A stretch of DNA of 64,000 bases from a virus. Below, in pieces: positions 56,641-64,000 of this stretch. The notes beneath the pieces are model-generated. The model had not been told where the DNA came from, ran no database searches, and saw nothing but the letters and a program-made list of their open reading frames with translations. The stretch is taken from positions 36,665 through 100,664 of the IMG/VR virus record IMGVR_UViG_3300040801_004314; one strand, written 5' to 3'. Positions within the stretch are counted from its first letter, which is position 1, and every line of letters begins with the position of its first letter. The position numbers and the translations under genes were made by a program.

Positions 56641-56701
56641 ATAGTATATATTAATAAGAATACTTGATATTTTATATATACTTTGAAACAAAAGTTTTTA
56701 A

Positions 56702-59605
56702 ATGGATCAAAAGTTATTAAACGCCTTAGATAATATTAGTGAAGGTTTACAGCAATTAGCCGAGTCTTTAGCTGAAGATAAAGAAGCTAAATCAGCTACC
56801 GCAGAAGCCATACAGAGTGGTAACTTTGGTAAGCAACTACAAACTATTTCAGAAAATATTTCAGAAATAAAAACCAACACAGAGGAAATATTAAAAAACC
56901 AAAAAACTATTATTGACTTATCTAAAGAAAGGGAATCTAAAAAGACCCAAGATATTGAAGTCAGTAAAGAAAGGGAAGAACAGATATCCCGAGGGGTTGG
57001 GACTATACTTATGATAGCGGTGGCAGTATTAGCAATAGGTTCGGCTTTTAATTTGGTTGGGTCAGTAGATGTTTTATCAGTTATAGGACTTTCCTTGGCA
57101 ATCACAATAATATCCATAGCTTTTGAGAAAATTGCTAAATTGGATCTTGATGTTGAACAGGCATCCATTGCAAGTGGTGCTATAGTTGTTATGTCTATTG
57201 CCTTTGCTGTTTCTAGTTACTTTTTAGCTAGAACCTCAAATGTATCCCCATCACAATTTGCATCTTTAATAGTTATGTCATCAGCTTTTGCCATAATGTC
57301 TTATGGTATTAAAAATATGATAGATGCTTTTGATGGTGTATCATTAGGGCAAGTGGTAACTGCATCTATATTCATACCTATAATATTACCTGTTTTAGCA
57401 TGGTCTATTTCAAAAGCTTCTGGATATTTGGCAGAAACTAAATCCATAGGACTAGCATCCTTCTTCGGTGCTATTCTCACCAGTGGTGTTTTTGTAGTTT
57501 TGTCTTTTGCTATGAAAAATATAGTATCATCGTTTCAAGGGATGGACTTTGAGACTGCGGTGTTAGCTGCTGGGTTATCAAGTATATTATTTGTTGGGTT
57601 TTCTTTTGCGATAATGGCTTCTTCTAAATTCTTATCAGCAACTACGCCAATAGGTCTGAGTCAATTTTTCTCTGCTGCTATGGTTAGTGGTGTTTTTGTT
57701 ATATTATCTTTCGGTTTAAGGCAAATTATAAAATCCTTTCAAGGAATGGACTTTAAAACTGCCATTGTAGCATCAGCTGCAGCACCTCTTATTTTCACAA
57801 CATTATCATTGGCAATAATGGCTTCATCTCAATTTTTAAAAGATACAGCTAATATAGATTCATCTAAGATGTTGAACATACTTTTACTCAGTGGTACTTT
57901 AGCTGTTGCAGTATCTTTAATGATATTACCTATTAAGCTTATAGACAAATTAAAAGTTGGGTTAGGAACTGTTTTAAAAGGTGGTATTGCTATTGTTGCA
58001 ATAGCAGGTGTTATTGCTGCATCATCACAAATACTAAACTTAGGTAATTATGAAGATTATCCTAATTTAGATTGGATATCTGGTGTTAGTTTATCATTAT
58101 TAACATTTGGTGTAAGTGCGATTGGATTAGGACTCTTTGTAGCAGGTCCACAGGCTCTTATATTTGCAGCTGGTATGGCTGCTATATTAGGTGTAGCAGG
58201 TACTATTGTTGCAACTTCGAAAATATTACAAAATGGTAATTATAATAATACAGGAATGTATGATTGGGCAAAAAGTACTGCATTATTGTTTGGTACTTTT
58301 GCGCCTATTATTATTGCATTGGGAGCAGTTGGTATAGCATCTAGTGTAGTTCAAGCTTTTGGGGCTGATAATCCATTCGAAAAGGCAAATAGAATGATGC
58401 TTGATATTGCTAGTACAATAGTACATGTTTCATTTGAATTACAAAAAGGTAGTTATGCAGGTGGTCCTAGTGAAGATTGGGCAAAGGGTACTGCATTAGC
58501 AATAGGAGCATTTGCACCTGTGTATGAGGCTATAAGTAATAGTAAAGGCTTCTTTTCCTCGGGAATATCAGTGGAAGATATGACAAATGGGATTAGATCT
58601 ATATCGAACAGTATAATTGAGTCGGCAAGTATATTTAATAGTAATAGAGTTGGGTTTACAGGTTCTTATCCTTCTGAAAAATGGTCTAAAGGTGTTGGTG
58701 GTGCTATAACAGCATTTGCGCCTGTTTTCGACTTACTTATGGAAAAAACTGGATTCTTCACGTCAGGGAAATCTGTTATAAATGATATCAAAGATGGGAT
58801 TAAAGGCATAGCACAATCCATCGTAGAAGTTGCAGGTGTATTTAGTAGTGAGAATGTAGACTGGGAAAGCTATCCAGATAAAGAGTGGTCTAGTAATGTC
58901 GGTAAATCAATTGGGAGCTTTACTGCTATGGCTAAATATATTGATGACGAAGATGCTAACTATAAGAAAGTCTTATATACTGCAAATAAAATATCCGAAG
59001 TAGCAAGAATACTTTATGATAAAGATGGGATTTTCTCTACATCTATCGATTCTAACTATGTATCTGGGATATCAAAAAATATAATTGACTTCAATAATTT
59101 AGTTAAAGAAATAACTAATGAAGGGGATAGGTCATTTTTGGATAATGTTAGGGAGTCTGCATCTGATATATTCGCAACTGATCCAATAGTTAGAATTGCC
59201 AAAAGAATGGTTACATTAGCCGAAGGATATGATACATTAGCATCATCTCTTATTAATCTTGGAACAGCAATGAGATCACTTAACGTAACTGATTTCAACG
59301 ATATAGTTAAATTTACTGGACAAATAACTAATCCAGAAGCTTTTGATATACAAAAAACAGAAAGTGGTGCAAGTGGAAACGATGAAAATAATAATACAAA
59401 TGTTGTATCCGAAACCAAAAGTGATAAAAAACAAGCTAATGATGTATTAGAAGAAAAATTAGATAAGGTTATAGAGCTATTATCTAACATTGATAATTCA
59501 ACATCTTCCCTAAATAACATGCTTAGAGAGCTTTCAGAAGAAAATGAAGGTGACCCAGAAGAAGGATTTAAAGGATTTTTACAAAAAATGCATGATGGTT
59601 TGTAA
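56702..59605 (+). CDS. Tape-measure-like protein with repeated hydrophobic Ala/Ser/Gly-rich helices
   Basis: 967 aa; coiled-coil termini; internal repeats (SGVFV.LSF..K.I..SFQGMDF.TA; YP...W..G). Confidence 0.6.
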   Translation: MDQKLLNALDNISEGLQQLAESLAEDKEAKSATAEAIQSGNFGKQLQTISENISEIKTNTEEILKNQKTIIDLSKERESKKTQDIEVSKEREEQISRGVGTILMIAVAVLAIGSAFNLVGSVDVLSVIGLSLAITIISIAFEKIAKLDLDVEQASIASGAIVVMSIAFAVSSYFLARTSNVSPSQFASLIVMSSAFAIMSYGIKNMIDAFDGVSLGQVVTASIFIPIILPVLAWSISKASGYLAETKSIGLASFFGAILTSGVFVVLSFAMKNIVSSFQGMDFETAVLAAGLSSILFVGFSFAIMASSKFLSATTPIGLSQFFSAAMVSGVFVILSFGLRQIIKSFQGMDFKTAIVASAAAPLIFTTLSLAIMASSQFLKDTANIDSSKMLNILLLSGTLAVAVSLMILPIKLIDKLKVGLGTVLKGGIAIVAIAGVIAASSQILNLGNYEDYPNLDWISGVSLSLLTFGVSAIGLGLFVAGPQALIFAAGMAAILGVAGTIVATSKILQNGNYNNTGMYDWAKSTALLFGTFAPIIIALGAVGIASSVVQAFGADNPFEKANRMMLDIASTIVHVSFELQKGSYAGGPSEDWAKGTALAIGAFAPVYEAISNSKGFFSSGISVEDMTNGIRSISNSIIESASIFNSNRVGFTGSYPSEKWSKGVGGAITAFAPVFDLLMEKTGFFTSGKSVINDIKDGIKGIAQSIVEVAGVFSSENVDWESYPDKEWSSNVGKSIGSFTAMAKYIDDEDANYKKVLYTANKISEVARILYDKDGIFSTSIDSNYVSGISKNIIDFNNLVKEITNEGDRSFLDNVRESASDIFATDPIVRIAKRMVTLAEGYDTLASSLINLGTAMRSLNVTDFNDIVKFTGQITNPEAFDIQKTESGASGNDENNNTNVVSETKSDKKQANDVLEEKLDKVIELLSNIDNSTSSLNNMLRELSEENEGDPEEGFKGFLQKMHDGL

Positions 59606-59634
59606 ACTTATTTATAAAATATTATATAAGTGGT

Positions 59635-60063
59635 ATGAAAAATGTGTCAATTTTTAAAAAGATTAGCCTTTTCAATTACTACAAAAAGACAATTAAAAGT
59701 AATAGAGAAGAATTAAAGCTTAAGTTCAATATCAGAATTGATAAAGCTAAAAGAATGTACACTGTTCTCAATGTACCCAAAGAATTAATAGGCGAAGCTT
59801 ATTCTTTGAAAAAGCAAGATATAGATAAAATATCTGAAACTTATATAAAGAAATATAGCTCTGAGTTGAACGACTATTTAAATTCATTAGGTATAAACGA
59901 ATTACATGATTTTTACCAAATGAAAAAAGTTGGTAAATATTCATATCTTTTAGTATTTGGATATTCTTTATTTAAATCACAGAAGTATTATAACTATGTT
60001 TATTATGGATTATTGCCAATAAGCATTTTAGGAACATCTTTATTAATTTACACATTTTTATAA
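59635..60063 (+). CDS. Hypothetical protein with C-terminal TM anchor
   Basis: 142-aa ORF. Confidence 0.7.
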   Translation: MKNVSIFKKISLFNYYKKTIKSNREELKLKFNIRIDKAKRMYTVLNVPKELIGEAYSLKKQDIDKISETYIKKYSSELNDYLNSLGINELHDFYQMKKVGKYSYLLVFGYSLFKSQKYYNYVYYGLLPISILGTSLLIYTFL

Positions 60064-60102
60064 ACTTTTTTATAAACACTTATATAAGTAAAAACAAAAA
60101 TT

Positions 60103-60528
60103 ATGGATAGATACACAGAATTATCAGAAGAAACGATTGAAGATTTCATTAAAATTTTTAGTCAAAAAGCATTTCCTATAGATATAGGATTTGAATTTAT
60201 TGGGGATTATAAGCAAAAAACCCTAATAAAAGTCTCTAAACTACCAGAAGATTTATCTTTCGTGGTTGGGAAGCAGGTTAAAGTAGTTATAAACGAAGAA
60301 ATGATGGATGTTTATGATGAAGAATCTATTAAGATCTTATTTGAACAAGAGCTTGATAAAATTGAATGTAACCTAGAAACAGGAAAAATCAAAATGAGAA
60401 AGACTGACTTAAACACATTTTCATCTATTGTGAATAAGTATGGTGTTGAAAAAGTAGCAAAGGCTAATCAGGTCGAAGAACTATATCAAGAGCAATCAAG
60501 AGATAAGCAATCAGAAAATATTATTTAA
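60103..60528 (+). CDS. Phage metallopeptidase-like fold, HExxH degenerate (QELDK)
   Basis: V.INEE..D..DEE...ILFEQELDKI....GK.....D...F..IV.KYG pattern. Confidence 0.45.
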   Translation: MDRYTELSEETIEDFIKIFSQKAFPIDIGFEFIGDYKQKTLIKVSKLPEDLSFVVGKQVKVVINEEMMDVYDEESIKILFEQELDKIECNLETGKIKMRKTDLNTFSSIVNKYGVEKVAKANQVEELYQEQSRDKQSENII

Positions 60529-60529
60529 T

Positions 60530-60778
60530 ATGGACTCTAAGATAAGATTAAATGATATAGGAAAAGGCTTTGTTGAATCTCTTAGAGAAAAGTATCTAGC
60601 TGAAATGTCAGAAGCTAAGTCCACACTTAGACTTTACACTAACGGTTTAAGCGGAATAGGAGAACATTCAAAGATAACAGAAGAGCAAAACACCTGGTTA
60701 CAAAAGTATTCAGATGCGAAAGGAAAATTAGATGCAATAAATGATTTATTTGCATTAGAAGGTAATATTAACGGATAA
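60530..60778 (+). CDS. Small helical hypothetical protein
   Basis: 82 aa with GIGEH motif. Confidence 0.7.
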   Translation: MDSKIRLNDIGKGFVESLREKYLAEMSEAKSTLRLYTNGLSGIGEHSKITEEQNTWLQKYSDAKGKLDAINDLFALEGNING

Positions 60779-60797
60779 ACAAAAAAAATAAAAATTT

Positions 60798-61445
60798 ATG
60801 AATAAACAGGATATACAGACAAATGTCGTAAAACCAGAATTAAAAACATTAGTTGGTGATGAGCAAAAACCAATTCTTGATGAGAAGCACGAGTTAGCCA
60901 TGGATAAATCAGCTGCTTTAGTTGAGAAATACATGAAAGATAATAATGGTAAGGGTAAACCCGATGAAGAAAAAGACAATCTATACAAAGAAGCATCAGA
61001 TCTTTTAAAAGATTATAATAAGGCTCAAATGGAAGCTAAGTATAACTTCTTTTTAACCAGACCACAGTACAATTTCTTATTTAACTTATTAGATAAGAAA
61101 ATGGAATATAATGTCAACACTGTCTTTATCGCTATCGAGTTATCTAGCCTATTATCTAGATTACAAGAAGGAAAATACACTAATGATACAGAAAGTATTA
61201 TGTATAGTGTGAATGCAACTGAAATTACTTATATTTATCACTTAATCTCTGAGCATAAGGTTAAGGGTCTTAGTAAAGAATCTTATATGTTTGCACAGGT
61301 TTTAAGAAGAATTGGGGATATTAGTAAATCTATTAACTATTATGACACCTTGGGTAAAAACCTTAGAAGTGATATCAGTAACTGGGTTGCATCTTTCGAA
61401 CCTAATGTTACATTAGAGCAAAAAGCTGAATTAAATCAGGAATAG
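60798..61445 (+). CDS. Hypothetical protein
   Basis: 215-aa ORF. Confidence 0.72.
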   Translation: MNKQDIQTNVVKPELKTLVGDEQKPILDEKHELAMDKSAALVEKYMKDNNGKGKPDEEKDNLYKEASDLLKDYNKAQMEAKYNFFLTRPQYNFLFNLLDKKMEYNVNTVFIAIELSSLLSRLQEGKYTNDTESIMYSVNATEITYIYHLISEHKVKGLSKESYMFAQVLRRIGDISKSINYYDTLGKNLRSDISNWVASFEPNVTLEQKAELNQE

Positions 61446-61466
61446 AAACAATAAAGATTATAAACG

Positions 61467-61501
61467 AAAAAATCCCCTTGAATTAAGGGGATTTTTTTTT
61501 T
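61467..61501. terminator. Bidirectional terminator
   Basis: AAAAAATCCCCTTG-aat-TAAGGGGATTTTTTTTTT. Confidence 0.85.
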
Positions 61502-61530
61502 GCTTAAATTTTTTGTAATAAAATTACCAG

Positions 61531-64000
61531 TTACTGTACTGGTGTTGTATAAATAGGTGTTAATGGTGATCTTAGACTGGGTAAGCTATCTATTTGGTTT
61601 ACAGAACTCATTCCTAAATCATTCAAACCTTTAAGTTCATAATTTTTAATATCTCTATATATTTCACCATAACCATTATCAGATGTAACTTCTATAGCTA
61701 TAAATGGATCTATGTTTGAGTCTACGGTAAAACTATATGGTAGCAAGTTATCACCTTTTCTAAACTCATTTATTGTTTGAACTGGTTCTAAATCTATTTT
61801 TATCCATTGAGATATGTTAAGCCATGATTGTGGGCTTACACTAGGTGGCATTTGACTACTCACACCATTCTCACCCCTATATGAATAGTAATTCCTATCA
61901 TATAAAACTATTGTACCTGCTTCGTATAATGTATTTGGTGACCATGGTAAAGCAGAATCATATTTCCTTGGATTGTTTGTTCTATTTCCATCATTTACAG
62001 ATTCGTATATGAAGTCAAAGTATTTAACCTTATCTCCTTTGTTATAAGATTTGAAAGCTTCCCATTCTTTATATGTTTTATATGTTCTTACAGTCACATC
62101 AAAACTATCTGGAAGTTCTAACACTGTATTTTCTATGCTTTCAACAGGATCTATTAGCATATCTTCTTTCCCAACACCCTTTATTATACTATAAAAGTCA
62201 ATAGAACAATTATAAACAGTAGAACCTGAATTAACTGGCATCAAATACACCTCGTTCATTTTAAATGTTATCGGTGTCATATTCTCTTTTATATTTATTA
62301 TTCTTATATCATGTAGTCTATGTTGTATATAGTCAGAAGTTTTTACATATGCCTTTCCTGTTATATCCTCAATCTCATGCGTTAAAGGAATGATATTATT
62401 TTTTAACCAATATTTTAAACCTTGTAATTTTATAATAACCTCATCTAACGTATAATCTAATACATTATTACCGTCTTTATCAGTTATGTTGTAAGTTAAA
62501 TTGAAGAGTTTAGTATCCTCATAATTTTCATTAGGGTATGTCCCTTTTATGAAATCGTTTTCCTCCCAACCTTCGACTGTGTTATCAAAGATGTCAGGTA
62601 TTTCGACTTTAAAAAGCTTAGAAAAGTTTTCAGATTCAGGATTTATATTTCTATAATACTCGTTGAGTTGTAAATCATTATATCCAAAGAAATTAATTGC
62701 ATTTATAATAGACTTATATGCACCTATGTATGGATATATTAAGTGCTTAGTCATCATTAACTCTTTTCTTTTCTTATTTAGAAAAGTCCAGTCTATACCA
62801 CCTTCTTGGATATCATATTGTTTGAATATAAATACCTCATCAGGACCTATAAGTTTACCAACATTCCCCAATTCTATTTTAAAACGCTCATCCTCTTCTT
62901 CTGTCTGTCCATAAACATTAAATCGCCCAATTTCTTTGTCAGATATTTTGAAGGTTGTGTTGAGGTAAGTTACATCATTAATATTAGGGTAGTCTATAAC
63001 TCTAGTGTTTTCTTCTACTAAGAAATCCCCCTCGTTTATGAAATCTAATATAATACTTTTTGTGAAAACTTGCCTTATTTTAAATACAGAAGACATGTTA
63101 TCAGAAGAATATTGGTTAAACTCATTAGTTATATCATTTAAATAGATGACTAATAGTTGTTCAGGCTTTAAGTTCCTATTTAAGAAATTTTCATTTGAGT
63201 CTTGATTTATTGTTATTTTACCATATCTATCATTTTTAGTTTCGATAGTTTCAAAATTTATATTAGTAAATTCATCACTTTTTATATCAAATCTTATTTC
63301 TTCTTTTTTGAATAAACGAAGTGTTGATTTATAAGCACCCTCATTCTCTGATTTGTACCCAATGAATAATTCAAGTGGCTCTACATCAGTTGATATTTCA
63401 TCTTGATCGTCTATAAATGGTATGTCATAAGATATCTTATCGAATATTGTTTGTTGGTACTCTGGTAAAAAAACTTTACTCTTGTCTTTGTTCTTGTTTT
63501 TATTTAATACTATTTTATCTAAAGGCTTAACTCCTTTATAAGCATAAACACCATCCTTATCAAGTTGTTCACCAGAAAAGTCATACATAAAAAATTCAGG
63601 TGTGTTATCATCTTCCCACTTCCAATATAGTTCTGTTTGAATACCACCTTCAAAATTCTCACGTGGTTTTCTTATATATTCTTTTGTTTTCAACCACATA
63701 TCTTCACGTGGTGTATAGTCTGGATCTAGTGTTCCATATAAATTCTCACCAACTAGCTGTGGGTTTACATCTAAAGGCTTTATAACGCTATTTAAGGTGA
63801 CAGATACCTCAATTAACGTTCTGTTATCTGGTTGAATAGCCCACATTGAGTTTCTTTGAGGGTTATTAATTATCCTTGTTGCTCCTGATGTTAGATTTTG
63901 AGTATGTACCACTGCCCCTGATGACGGGTTTATAACATATAAAACATCTATATTTTGTGCAGTTAAATATAAATCCCCATCAAATTGATTTAATCCTAAG
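61531..64000 (-). CDS. Large virion (baseplate/tail) protein, 5'-partial, with two CBM5/12-like repeats near the C-terminus
   Basis: Frame open to the window edge; YIGAYKSIINAINFFGY; WEAFKSYNKGDKVKY and WSPNTLYEAGTIVLY repeats. Confidence 0.7.
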   Translation of the reverse strand, partial: LGLNQFDGDLYLTAQNIDVLYVINPSSGAVVHTQNLTSGATRIINNPQRNSMWAIQPDNRTLIEVSVTLNSVIKPLDVNPQLVGENLYGTLDPDYTPREDMWLKTKEYIRKPRENFEGGIQTELYWKWEDDNTPEFFMYDFSGEQLDKDGVYAYKGVKPLDKIVLNKNKNKDKSKVFLPEYQQTIFDKISYDIPFIDDQDEISTDVEPLELFIGYKSENEGAYKSTLRLFKKEEIRFDIKSDEFTNINFETIETKNDRYGKITINQDSNENFLNRNLKPEQLLVIYLNDITNEFNQYSSDNMSSVFKIRQVFTKSIILDFINEGDFLVEENTRVIDYPNINDVTYLNTTFKISDKEIGRFNVYGQTEEEDERFKIELGNVGKLIGPDEVFIFKQYDIQEGGIDWTFLNKKRKELMMTKHLIYPYIGAYKSIINAINFFGYNDLQLNEYYRNINPESENFSKLFKVEIPDIFDNTVEGWEENDFIKGTYPNENYEDTKLFNLTYNITDKDGNNVLDYTLDEVIIKLQGLKYWLKNNIIPLTHEIEDITGKAYVKTSDYIQHRLHDIRIINIKENMTPITFKMNEVYLMPVNSGSTVYNCSIDFYSIIKGVGKEDMLIDPVESIENTVLELPDSFDVTVRTYKTYKEWEAFKSYNKGDKVKYFDFIYESVNDGNRTNNPRKYDSALPWSPNTLYEAGTIVLYDRNYYSYRGENGVSSQMPPSVSPQSWLNISQWIKIDLEPVQTINEFRKGDNLLPYSFTVDSNIDPFIAIEVTSDNGYGEIYRDIKNYELKGLNDLGMSSVNQIDSLPSLRSPLTPIYTTPVQ

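Noticed and set aside
862-63785. Numerous 60-160 aa antisense or overlapping ORFs in the six-frame track (e.g. 13484-13867, 21394-21861, 39613-40086, 56707-57168, 59056-59520)
   Set aside because: They are shadows of real genes on the opposite strand, with Ser/Leu/Phe/Ile-rich low-information translations.
1-64000. Stop-codon reassignment, as seen in some Bacteroidota phages
   Set aside because: Long conserved genes are intact in code 11 and TAG/TGA end genes normally (the capsid gene ends TAG TAG TAA).
1-64000. tRNA genes, rRNA, reverse transcriptase/DGR, cas genes
   Set aside because: No cloverleaf other than the tmRNA tRNA-like domain and no RT or Cas motifs were recognised by eye; a tRNAscan-SE/HMM run would be needed to exclude them formally.

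Overview
This window is part of a very AT-rich, T4-like (Tevenvirinae-style core genes) jumbo phage genome using genetic code 11. The host is probably a Bacteroidota/Flavobacteriia bacterium: TAnnTTTG promoter boxes, A-rich leaders without Shine-Dalgarno, BACON domains and a tmRNA tag starting with Gly all point that way. Core content: prohead scaffold, major capsid protein, UvsX, RuvC-like resolvase, NrdA, ThyA, a gp41-like helicase split by an atypical split intein, the N-terminal half only of a family-B DNA polymerase, tail/baseplate proteins and a tape-measure-like protein. Accessory content: tmRNA, NADAR, ferritin-like protein, 2H phosphoesterase, five glycosyltransferase genes, three endonuclease/Mom-like-GNAT genes and a three-gene Type-ISP-like nuclease-helicase-methylase module. 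The most striking unexplained structure is an integron-like array of about five small gene cassettes (7341-8945) right after the tmRNA. Each cassette is bracketed by mutually complementary GTT.../...AAC core sites and separated by attC-like hairpins, and some ORFs are translated through the sites. No integrase is present in the window. All functional calls come from motif recognition by eye; no searches were run.
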